From assembly GCA_029559035.1 (NCBI GenBank), contig JAKQCT010000011.1, forward strand, positions 1,512 to 65,511: a stretch of DNA of 64,000 bases, in the 5' to 3' direction. The notes under the pieces were generated by a model. The model was not told the DNA's origin, ran no database searches, and saw only the letters and a list, made by a program, of their open reading frames with translations. The first letter of the stretch is position 1, and each line of letters opens with the position of its first letter. Origin of the DNA: Acidobacteriota bacterium (GTDB lineage: Bacteria; Acidobacteriota; UBA4820). The translations under genes and the position numbers were made by a program. Below are positions 23,972 to 31,949 of this stretch, one piece after another.

Positions 23972-25426
23972 TCAAGAAGGCTCTTCGTTCCCCTTGTCCT
24001 CCATGAACGGGAGCAGCGGTATGAGAATCATCGCCGGTACCGTGGCGATGAAAGTGGCGAGAAAAAAAACGGGGAACCCCAGCGTGGAAGCGAGCTTTCC
24101 CGAAAAGAGCCCGACCATCGACGCCGAAAGGTTCATGATACCCGTCGCCGTGGCCATGTTCGCCGCCTTGAACTCGGAGAGCGTCGAGCGCATGATCAGG
24201 ACCATGAAGAAGCTGGTCCCGAGGCCCGCGCCGAAAGCTTCGAAAACCACGAAGCCGGAGACGACGAAGAACTTCACGGGGTCCATGTCGGCCGTGCCGT
24301 CGTAAATGCTGGCGAGCCAGGCGTAGAGAAGGTTGGGGATGTTCTGCATCAGGACAAGGAACCACGCCATCCTCTTGAGGCCGAACTTCGAGATGAGCGC
24401 CCCGCCCGTTATTCCTCCGATTATGGAAGCGGCGACGCCGAAGGTCCCGTAGATTATCCCGTAATCACCCCTCTCCAGGCCGATCGACTTCAGCATCGGG
24501 TAAAGCATGTTGAGGATCATAGATTCGCCAAGCCGGTAAAGCACCAGGAATACGAGGAAAGGAACGATCTTGGGCCTGTCGAGGTAGGCCAGGAAGGCGC
24601 GGCGGTAAAAAGTGTCCTTTCCCGAAAGTTTCCTCTTTATCGCGGGGAAAAAGAACGGGAACAGGATGAGCGCGACGATGATGGCAATGCCCGAAAGGGG
24701 CACGATCGGGTATTCGGGAAGTTTTTTGAGGACCTCCGGGTTCCTTTGAAAGAAAAGGCCTGTCAGTGCCGCGGCGGCGAGCAGGACGATGAATGTCCTC
24801 GAAAAGAACGCGGAGAAAAAGTTCCTGAACGGCTCTTTTTCCGTTTCGAGCGAGGGCAGGAGCTTCGCGTGGGCGAAAAATATTACCGCGAAGAGGGCCG
24901 TCGCGGCGAAGAACCCCCCGCTCCAGCCGAGCTTGGAGGAAAGATATATGACGCCCCCGCCCCCTGTTATGAGGGCCAGCCTGTAGCTCATCGCCTGGTA
25001 CCCGACGAACCTCGACTGCTCCCCTCTTTCGAGCGCTTCGAGGTAGTAGCCGTCCGATGCGATGTCGTTCGTGGCGGAAAGGAACGCCAGCAGCAGGAGG
25101 GCGATCCCGACGGGGACCAGCGGGTTCGAGCTTAGGCAGAGAAGGGAGACGGCAACGAGGAGAGCGGTTATGGCCAGCTGGGTCGAGACCAGCCATTTCC
25201 TTTTCGTCCCGTACCTGTCGGCGAATGGGGACCAGAGGAACTTGAAGACCCAGGGGAGGCCGTAGAGCGAAGTGAAGCCGACCCATTCCAGGCTGGCTCC
25301 CAGGTCCTTGAAGAAAACTGTCGAGATCTGCCTCACCAGGCTGTACGGGAACCCCTCGGCGAAATAGATGGAAAAGACCCAGAACGGCGGGTGTTTCCTT
25401 CCGCCCTCTCCTCCGCGGTCAGCCAT
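23972..25426 (-). CDS. ampG: AmpG-family MFS permease (muropeptide transporter type)
   Basis: 484 aa, about 12-14 TM helices. FAEGFPYSLVRQ..LYGLPWVFKFLWSPFADRYGTKRKWL is the AmpG signature region. Confidence 0.75.
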   Translation of the reverse strand: MADRGGEGGRKHPPFWVFSIYFAEGFPYSLVRQISTVFFKDLGASLEWVGFTSLYGLPWVFKFLWSPFADRYGTKRKWLVSTQLAITALLVAVSLLCLSSNPLVPVGIALLLLAFLSATNDIASDGYYLEALERGEQSRFVGYQAMSYRLALITGGGGVIYLSSKLGWSGGFFAATALFAVIFFAHAKLLPSLETEKEPFRNFFSAFFSRTFIVLLAAAALTGLFFQRNPEVLKKLPEYPIVPLSGIAIIVALILFPFFFPAIKRKLSGKDTFYRRAFLAYLDRPKIVPFLVFLVLYRLGESMILNMLYPMLKSIGLERGDYGIIYGTFGVAASIIGGITGGALISKFGLKRMAWFLVLMQNIPNLLYAWLASIYDGTADMDPVKFFVVSGFVVFEAFGAGLGTSFFMVLIMRSTLSEFKAANMATATGIMNLSASMVGLFSGKLASTLGFPVFFLATFIATVPAMILIPLLPFMEDKGNEEPS

Positions 25427-26327
25427 CGACTATGTCCGTGGCTTCGGCCATGAGGGTCAGGTAGCTCTGGTATTCTTCGGGGTCGAGTCCGCCGTCCTCG
25501 AGGGCCGAGATGACGGAGCAGGCCGGCTCCCGCCTGTGCGTGCAGGTCGAATACTTGCAGGTCGCGGAAAGCGACTCTATCTCGGGGAAGGCGCTCTGGA
25601 TCTGGCTTTGCGTCACGTCGAATAGCGCGAACTCCCTCAGGCCGGCGGTGTCTATCAGGAATCCTCCTCCCCCGAGCCTCACGGCCGTGGAACTCGTGGT
25701 GACGTGTTTTCCCTTGAGGGTCCCTTCGTACACCTCTCCGACGGGAAGCTCCGCTTCGGGAGAAAGTATGTTGGCGATGGAGCTTTTCCCGACGCCCGAA
25801 TGACCGACCAGGAGGACCCACTTGTCCCTGAACCGCTCCGACAGCTCCTCGAACCCAGTATCGTTCAAAACGCTGGTGAAAAAGACCTTTATCCCCATCT
25901 TCAGGTAGGGAGCCGATATCTCTTCCGCCTCCTCGTCCTCGAGCAGGTCGGCCTTGTTGACGACTATCGAAAGGTTGATCCGCTGGGCGTTGCATGCCAC
26001 GAGGAAACGGTCGATGATCCCTCTCTTGAGGACCGGGTTGGGAGCGGCGACGACTGCCGCCTCGTCTATGTTAGCCGCGATCACGTGCTCCTTGCCGGTG
26101 AAAGTGATCCTCCGAGAGAGCTTGTTCTTCCTGGGGCGAAGCTCGGTTATGAGGTGCTCGCCTTTCGCCGATGTCCTTATGTTGACTATGTCGCCTACCG
26201 ACAGGCGGTTCTTCATGTTTTTCGAGGAAAGCTCGAAACGCCCTGCGGGGAATGCCGGAAAGGTCTCCTTCCCGTCCCACACCCAGTGCTTTTTCCCGCA
26301 AAGCCTGACGATCCTGAACTCCGCCAT
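25419..26327 (-). CDS. rsgA: Ribosome small-subunit-dependent GTPase A
   Basis: VNKADL, GHSGVGKSS, DTAGLREF, zinc knuckle CKYSTCTHRREPAC. I start at ATG 26327 (MAEFRIVRL..), not at the track start 26522, which would overlap the divergent STAS gene region. Confidence 0.9.
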   Translation of the reverse strand: MAEFRIVRLCGKKHWVWDGKETFPAFPAGRFELSSKNMKNRLSVGDIVNIRTSAKGEHLITELRPRKNKLSRRITFTGKEHVIAANIDEAAVVAAPNPVLKRGIIDRFLVACNAQRINLSIVVNKADLLEDEEAEEISAPYLKMGIKVFFTSVLNDTGFEELSERFRDKWVLLVGHSGVGKSSIANILSPEAELPVGEVYEGTLKGKHVTTSSTAVRLGGGGFLIDTAGLREFALFDVTQSQIQSAFPEIESLSATCKYSTCTHRREPACSVISALEDGGLDPEEYQSYLTLMAEATDIVDG

Positions 26328-26439
26328 CTCGCCTCCGCTAAGATTCTGACAGACATCCCTGAAAAAAGCCACTTGGTCCGTCGCCCCGGTACGGAACAAA
26401 CTGCTTCGCTCCCTCGTATCAGGAAATGCGGACACGGAA

Positions 26440-26801
26440 TGGAGGCTGAAATGGCAGAACTCAGATTCACCACGGAAAATAGAACGGGTGTCGTTATAGC
26501 GGCTTTCGAAGGCTCGATCCACATGGGAGGAGGAGATGTCGTCCTCAAGGAGTCGGTCAGGAAACTTATCGACGAGGGCATGAAGAAGGTCGTCCTCGAC
26601 CTGTCAAGAGTGACGGCGATCGATTCCGTGGGGATCGGTCAGCTTGTCGGGCTCGCGGCTTCGGCGCGCAGGCAGGGCGGAGAGATAAGGCTCGCCGCGC
26701 TTACGAAGAAGATCCGCGACCTGATGGAGATAGTCAGGCTCAACACCGTCTTCTCGTGCCACGACTCCGTGGATGATGCGGTGAGAGCTTTCCGGGGTTG
26801 A
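26440..26801 (+). CDS. STAS-domain anti-sigma-factor antagonist (SpoIIAA/RsbV-like)
   Basis: About 120 aa: MEAEMAELRFTTENRTGVVIAAFEGSIHMGGGD..VVLDLSRVTAIDSVGIGQLV (conserved Ser in DSVG). It is the C-terminal part of spurious track ORF 25704..26801. ATG 26452 is an alternative start. Confidence 0.8.
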
Positions 26802-27448
26802 CCGGATCTCCCCCGGAAGTGAGGCAAAAGCGGTGGTACAATCCCTTGTCTATGAACGAAAGGAAGAAGATACATCGTTTTTTTCTCAATGACCCCCTCC
26901 TGGGAGAGGCCGCAAGGATTCACGGACTGCCCGACCTCGATATATACGGACAGGGCGGCCCCCTGATGACTCTCGTTGAAGCCGTGATAAGCCAGCAGCT
27001 CGCGGACAGCGCGGCCAGGGCGATCTTCGGAAGGCTCGAAGCTTATGTCGGTTCGATGCTCAAGGATCCGGCCTCTTTATCGGGGGTCCCGAAGGAGAAG
27101 CTCAGGGAACTGGGCATTTCGGGAAACAAAGCCGACACCATAATAACCATCGCCCGGATGACGAAGAGCGGCCTTCTCGATCTTGATGGCCTTGCAGGAG
27201 CTGACGACGGGGCCGTCAGGGAGGAATTGATAAAGATCCGGGGCATAGGCGAATGGACCGTCCAGATGTACCTGATATTCGGGTTGAAGAGGGAGGACGT
27301 GTGGCCCGCGACCGACCTGGGGATAAGAAAAAAGCTTTCCGCCTTGTTGAAAAAAAGGAAATTGATGGATCCTGATAAGGTGGAGGCTTTCGGCCGGAGG
27401 TGGGAACCTTACAGGTCTTACGCCGCCATTCATCTCTGGAGAAGCTAG
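26798..27448 (+). CDS. DNA-3-methyladenine glycosylase II-type HhH-GPD glycosylase (AlkA-like)
   Basis: LVEAVISQQLADSAARAIFGRL..IRGIGEWTVQMYLIFGL..WPATDLGIRK (HhH plus catalytic Asp). TTG start at 26798 overlaps the STAS stop. ATG 26852 is an alternative start. Confidence 0.8.
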   Translation: MTGSPPEVRQKRWYNPLSMNERKKIHRFFLNDPLLGEAARIHGLPDLDIYGQGGPLMTLVEAVISQQLADSAARAIFGRLEAYVGSMLKDPASLSGVPKEKLRELGISGNKADTIITIARMTKSGLLDLDGLAGADDGAVREELIKIRGIGEWTVQMYLIFGLKREDVWPATDLGIRKKLSALLKKRKLMDPDKVEAFGRRWEPYRSYAAIHLWRS

Positions 27449-27476
27449 AACCTGTAACTGTCCGCGAACAGGGTCC

Positions 27477-27794
27477 TCAGTTCGGAAGGCTGCCGCTTAA
27501 AAGAGATAAGGATCTCGGGTTGAGGAAAACGAAACCCCTGCCCTCCTCCCCCGCCACATAGTCTATGGTCACTCCATCCAGGTAGGCGTGCGACGCCGGG
27601 TCCACGTAGATGAAAAGGCCTTCGGATTCGAAGACGAGATCCGCCGGGCTGGGCCCCTCGCAGAAAGCCAGGGTGTATTCGAAGCCGTTCAGCCCTCCTC
27701 CCACTATGGCCGCCCTTAGGCCGTAGCCCAGAAGTTTCTCCCTGTAAATCATCCTCTTCGCAGCTTCTCCCGCGTTCTTGGTAAGGACAACCAT
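27477..27794 (-). CDS. HesB/IscA-fold protein lacking the canonical cluster-binding cysteines
   Basis: MVVLTKNAGEAAKRMI..GLRAAIVGGGLNGFEYTLAF..VDPASHAYLDGVTIDYV..GFVFLNP follows the IscA template. GGGCSGF is GGGLNGF here, and the C-terminal CGCG is absent (the protein ends RSLSLLSGSLPN). I prefer the start at ATG 27794 over the track start 27836. Confidence 0.7.
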   Translation of the reverse strand: MVVLTKNAGEAAKRMIYREKLLGYGLRAAIVGGGLNGFEYTLAFCEGPSPADLVFESEGLFIYVDPASHAYLDGVTIDYVAGEEGRGFVFLNPRSLSLLSGSLPN

Positions 27795-28056
27795 CAACCG
27801 CTCCTTGTCGCCGGCCCTTCTTCCGGGTCCCGCCATCTCAGTAACAAGCGGGGTTTGATTTTATTTCAGGCGGATAGCCTCAGGAAGCCCGTTGACGGAA
27901 GGGCGCAGGTTTTTCCCGTAAGCTTCCGTGCGGTTTGCCCTGAGGCCGATAAAATGTTATAGTTCTTTCTCGATTGGCGTTTCCTCTGCCCGGGTTTTGG
28001 GGAAAATAGATGCCTTATATCTGTTCTGCGAACGTCCTGGTTGAGCCGAAGCAGGT

Positions 28057-29109
28057 TTGCGCCTCGGCCTCTTCCGTCTTCAGGACGGCCGTTCCGGCGG
28101 TGTGCGCGTGGATCTGACCTTCGTTTCGGTCGTCCTTCTGGTCGTCCTGGCGCTTTTCTTCGATTTCCTGAACGGTTTCCACGACGCCGCCAATTCGATC
28201 GCAACGATCGTTGCGACGAGGGTCCTTTCGCCGAAGTTCGCAGTCATCTGGGCCGCTTTCTTCAACTTCATCGCGTTCCTTTTCTTCGGCCTGCATGTCG
28301 CGAAGACCCTGGGCAAGGGGATAGTGGACCTGGACCAGGTGGACAGCGCGATAATCTTCGGTGCTCTCGTGGGCGCCTGTTCCTGGAACATCATCACCTG
28401 GTATTTCGGGATCCCCTCGAGTTCCTCCCACGCTCTCGTGGGGGGGCTGGTGGGAGCGGCCATCGTGAAGGCGGGTCCCGGCGCGCTCGTCATGGACGGC
28501 ATAATAAAAACGGTCGCTTTCATAGTCATCTCGCCCCTTGTCGGGATGCTGCTTGGAGTTATCTTAGGCGTGGTCGTTTACAACCTTTTCTCCCGCTCGA
28601 CCCCCACTAAGGTTGACCATCTCTTCAGGAAGGGGCAGCTCATCTCGGCGGCGGCTTACAGCCTCGGGCACGGAGGCAACGACGCGCAGAAGACCATGGG
28701 CATCATAGCCGGGCTTCTCTTCAGCGCAGGGTACCTGGGGAAGGAGTTCCACGTGCCTTTGTGGATAGTCCTTTCCTGCAACGGCGCGATAGCTCTCGGA
28801 ACCATGTGCGGAGGATGGCGCATAGTCAAGACGATGGGCAACAAGCTGGCGCACCTTAGGCCCGTGGACGGCTTCTGCGCCGAGACAGGGGCGGCGGTCG
28901 TTCTTTTCGGGTCGTCGGCCCTGGGAGTGCCCATAAGCACGACGCACACGATAACCGGGGCTATAATGGGAGTCGGCTCCCTGAAGGGGATGCGCGGAGT
29001 GAAGTGGGGGGTCGCCGGGAGGATAGTCTGGGCGTGGATAATCACCATCCCCGCGGCGGCCGCGATTTCGGCATGCTGTTACGCGCTGACGGCGTTTATA
29101 ATGGGCTGA
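28057..29109 (+). CDS. Inorganic phosphate transporter, PiT family
   Basis: 350 aa. Duplicated PHO4 signatures NGFHDAANSIATIV and GHGGNDAQKTMGII. The true start may be a few codons downstream. Confidence 0.9.
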   Translation: MRLGLFRLQDGRSGGVRVDLTFVSVVLLVVLALFFDFLNGFHDAANSIATIVATRVLSPKFAVIWAAFFNFIAFLFFGLHVAKTLGKGIVDLDQVDSAIIFGALVGACSWNIITWYFGIPSSSSHALVGGLVGAAIVKAGPGALVMDGIIKTVAFIVISPLVGMLLGVILGVVVYNLFSRSTPTKVDHLFRKGQLISAAAYSLGHGGNDAQKTMGIIAGLLFSAGYLGKEFHVPLWIVLSCNGAIALGTMCGGWRIVKTMGNKLAHLRPVDGFCAETGAAVVLFGSSALGVPISTTHTITGAIMGVGSLKGMRGVKWGVAGRIVWAWIITIPAAAAISACCYALTAFIMG

Positions 29110-29169
29110 AAAGGCCAGTTTAAAGATATGTGTTAAAGTTCTTTAAGAGAACTTGGAGAGGCGGATCAA

Positions 29170-30273
29170 ATGGACAAAAAATTGCCGTCGCTGAAAATTG
29201 GCGATCTTGAATCGAAACTCCCGATCATCCAGGGAGGAATGGGCGTGGGGATCTCCATGGCAGGCCTCGCCTCCGCGGTAGCCAACGAGGGCGGGATCGG
29301 CGTGATCGCGTCCGCGGGGATAGCCATGCACGACCCGGATTACGAGAAGAACGTGAGAGCCGCCAACAAGAGGGCGCTGGCCAACGAGGTCCGGAAGGCG
29401 AAAAGCCTGACGAAGGGGCCGATAGGGGTCAACATCCTCGTGGCCCTTTCCGATTACGACGCGCTCTCGGTGGTTTGCCTGGAAGAAGGCGCCGACGTCC
29501 TCTTCCTGGGCGCGGGGCTTCCGCTGAAGATATTCGGCGACCTGCCGAAGAACGAGGTGAAGGACGTCAAGATAAAGGTCGTCCCCATCATCTCCTCCGC
29601 GAGAGCCCTGAACGTGATCTTCCAGTCGTGGCTGAAGAATTACGACCGGGTTCCCGACGCGGTCGTAGTGGAAGGACCGCTGGCGGGAGGGCACCTGGGG
29701 TTCAAGAGAGAACAGATTGAAGATCCTGGCTTCGCGCTCGAAAAGCTTGTTCCGGAGGTCGTCGCCGCCATGCAGGATTTTGAGAAGCGGTTGGGAGTCT
29801 CGATACTCGTGATCGCGGCGGGAGGGATATACACCGGAGGAGACATCCTCAAGTTCCTGAAACTGGGGGCAGGGGGTGTCCAGATGGCTACCAGGTTCAT
29901 AGCGACTGACGAATGCGACGCTTACCCCGAGTTCAAGGAAGCGCTCCTGAAGTGCGGAAAGGACGACATCTGCATCATCGACAGCCCCGTCGGGCTTCCT
30001 GGAAGAGCCATAAGGAACCATTTCCTCGACGAGGTATACGGAGGCAGGAAGATCCCGTTCAAGTGCCCCTGGAAATGCCTCAGGACATGCGATTACACGA
30101 ACGTCCCCTACTGTATAGCCCTCGCGCTCGTGAACGCGAAGAAGGGGCTCATGGGAGAAGGGTTCGCCTTCACGGGAGCCAACGGCTGGCGGGTTGACAA
30201 GATCGTCCCGGTCAAGGAGCTCATCGGGGAGCTCGTGGCGGAATACGAGGCGGCGGCCGGGCTCTCTTCCTGA
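29170..30273 (+). CDS. Nitronate monooxygenase / FabK-like FMN oxidoreductase family protein
   Basis: 367 aa. LPIIQGGMGVGISMAGLASAVANEGGIGVIASAG; AAGGIYTGGD. Confidence 0.85.
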   Translation: MDKKLPSLKIGDLESKLPIIQGGMGVGISMAGLASAVANEGGIGVIASAGIAMHDPDYEKNVRAANKRALANEVRKAKSLTKGPIGVNILVALSDYDALSVVCLEEGADVLFLGAGLPLKIFGDLPKNEVKDVKIKVVPIISSARALNVIFQSWLKNYDRVPDAVVVEGPLAGGHLGFKREQIEDPGFALEKLVPEVVAAMQDFEKRLGVSILVIAAGGIYTGGDILKFLKLGAGGVQMATRFIATDECDAYPEFKEALLKCGKDDICIIDSPVGLPGRAIRNHFLDEVYGGRKIPFKCPWKCLRTCDYTNVPYCIALALVNAKKGLMGEGFAFTGANGWRVDKIVPVKELIGELVAEYEAAAGLSS

Positions 30274-30306
30274 TAATCATCTGCCGAAAAAAGGGCGATG
30301 TTTTGG

Positions 30307-30345
30307 AACCGCCCGCCGCCTCCCGGGAGGCGGCGGGCGGTTTTT
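30307..30345 (+). terminator. Rho-independent terminator
   Basis: 36-nt perfect palindrome AACCGCCCGCCGCCTCCC/GGGAGGCGGCGGGCGGTT (30307-30342) followed by TTT. Confidence 0.85.
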
Positions 30346-30444
30346 GACTGAATCACTTTCATGTGCTAGAGTTAATGCTCGAATGTGGGGCTTTAGAATG
30401 CGCCGTGAAAGCTGCCTCGGAAAAAAGGAAAGAAGAAGGTAGAA

Positions 30445-31320
30445 ATGTTCCAGGGATCCCTCAAAGAACTCCATCTGCCTGATGTGATACAGCTCGTTTC
30501 GGTTTCCGGAAAGACGGGCGCGTTCCACCTTCAGAAGGACGGAGACGAGGGAGTGATCTTCCTGGAAACGGGAAGGATCGTCCACGCGGTCCTGGGAGGC
30601 TCCTTCGGCGAGGAGGCTGTCTACACGATGGCCACTTGGAACGAGGGCTCTTTCCGCTTCGTTCCCGAAGAAGCCCCGCCTCAGCATTCGATCACGAAGA
30701 ACAACACCAATCTCCTGATGGAAGCTGCCCGCAGGCTGGACGAGTGGAAGGTCCTTTCGAAGAAGATACCTTCCCTGGACATGGTCCCCAGGTTCGAGGT
30801 CCCGCAGGGAAAACAGGGCAAGATAAACCTCAACACGCAGGAATGGCTGATCCTCAGCAAGGTCTCCGGGGCGGCATCGATAGCTGAGATCGCCAGTTCA
30901 TCGGGCCTCTCCGCCTTCGACGTTGCAAAGATGCTTTACGGGCTCGTGACGATGGGGCTGGTCCACCTGGATCCTCCCAAGCACAGGGGTACGACCCCTT
31001 CGGTCCCGATCCCTCAGAAACCGCAGGCCCAGGAACAGCAGCAGGAGTCGGACGCGGTGGTTGCCGGTTTGAGGGCCCTTCTCGGGCGCCTCGCGGGGGC
31101 GGCGTCGGAATCTCTGGGCGAATCATCGGCGCTCGGTATAAAGAAGATATACGACCAGGCGCTCGCTGAGCTCAAGAACGGCAAGGGGGCTGAATCGGTC
31201 CAGCTCATGTGCCAGGAGCTCCTCAAGCAGGCGAGCATCCTCAGGGGCGAGGAAGTCCAGAGGGCCCTCGCGGACCGGTTCAGGACGCTGCTTTCTTCAT
31301 GGAACTCCGAACAGGGATGA
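30445..31320 (+). CDS. DUF4388 (PATAN-type) domain protein
   Basis: 291 aa. N-terminus MFQGSLKELHLPDVIQLVSVSGKTGAFHLQKDGDEGVIFLETGRIVHA..GEEAVYTMATWNEGSFRF is the DUF4388/PATAN signature as I remember it. Confidence 0.7.
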   Translation: MFQGSLKELHLPDVIQLVSVSGKTGAFHLQKDGDEGVIFLETGRIVHAVLGGSFGEEAVYTMATWNEGSFRFVPEEAPPQHSITKNNTNLLMEAARRLDEWKVLSKKIPSLDMVPRFEVPQGKQGKINLNTQEWLILSKVSGAASIAEIASSSGLSAFDVAKMLYGLVTMGLVHLDPPKHRGTTPSVPIPQKPQAQEQQQESDAVVAGLRALLGRLAGAASESLGESSALGIKKIYDQALAELKNGKGAESVQLMCQELLKQASILRGEEVQRALADRFRTLLSSWNSEQG

Positions 31321-31333
31321 CAATTGACCCCCG

Positions 31334-31942
31334 ATGAAAAGACTTTACCTTGTCCGTCACGGCGAAACCGAGTGGAACGCTGACAACAGGGTCCAGGGCT
31401 CGATAGACATCCCCCTCTCCCCCAAAGGCAGGCAGCAGGCAGGCTGGCTCGTGAAATGCATGGCGCGCATGCACAGGCCCGACATGACCTTTTCATCCGA
31501 CCTTTGCCGCGCGAAAGAAACTGCCGAGATACTGACATCAGGCCTGGGCGCCGGAAGCCCGGTGCAGGACCCTCTTCTCAGGGAGATCAACTGCGGCCGG
31601 TGGGAGAGCCTCTTCATCCCCGATCTCGAAAAGGATTTTCCGCGGGAGTACGAGGCGTGGCGCCTCGACGCCGGCTTCAAATGCCCCGGCGGGGAATCGG
31701 TGGAAGACGTGAAGAAAAGGATAGAAGCCTTCTTCGCGGGGAAGGCCTCCGAGCTTTCCTCCGCGGAGACCGTGATGATCGTGGCGCACGGCCTCTTCAA
31801 CAGGACGATGCTCGCGCACATAATGAACCTGGGGCTGCAGCAATGCAGGTACTTCGAGCAGGACAACGCGGCCCTCAACGTTTTCGTCTGGGGAAGGCTG
31901 ATGCCGCGGGTCGTCGCCTGGAACTACACGCCGTTTTGCTGA
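31334..31942 (+). CDS. Histidine phosphatase (phosphoglycerate mutase) family protein
   Basis: 202 aa. LYLVRHGETEWN catalytic motif; later VAHG. Confidence 0.85.
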   Translation: MKRLYLVRHGETEWNADNRVQGSIDIPLSPKGRQQAGWLVKCMARMHRPDMTFSSDLCRAKETAEILTSGLGAGSPVQDPLLREINCGRWESLFIPDLEKDFPREYEAWRLDAGFKCPGGESVEDVKKRIEAFFAGKASELSSAETVMIVAHGLFNRTMLAHIMNLGLQQCRYFEQDNAALNVFVWGRLMPRVVAWNYTPFC

Positions 31943-31949
31943 GGGGAAG

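Noticed and set aside
23177-25135. 652-aa ORF on the plus strand
   Set aside because: Antisense to nadA and the AmpG-like permease. The translation is an R/E/G/D-rich repeat-like sequence with no domain.
26328-26522. Long start (26522) for rsgA
   Set aside because: The extra 65 residues have no RsgA counterpart and would overlap the divergent STAS gene start. ATG 26327 gives MAEFRIVRL.., matching the OB-fold N-terminus.
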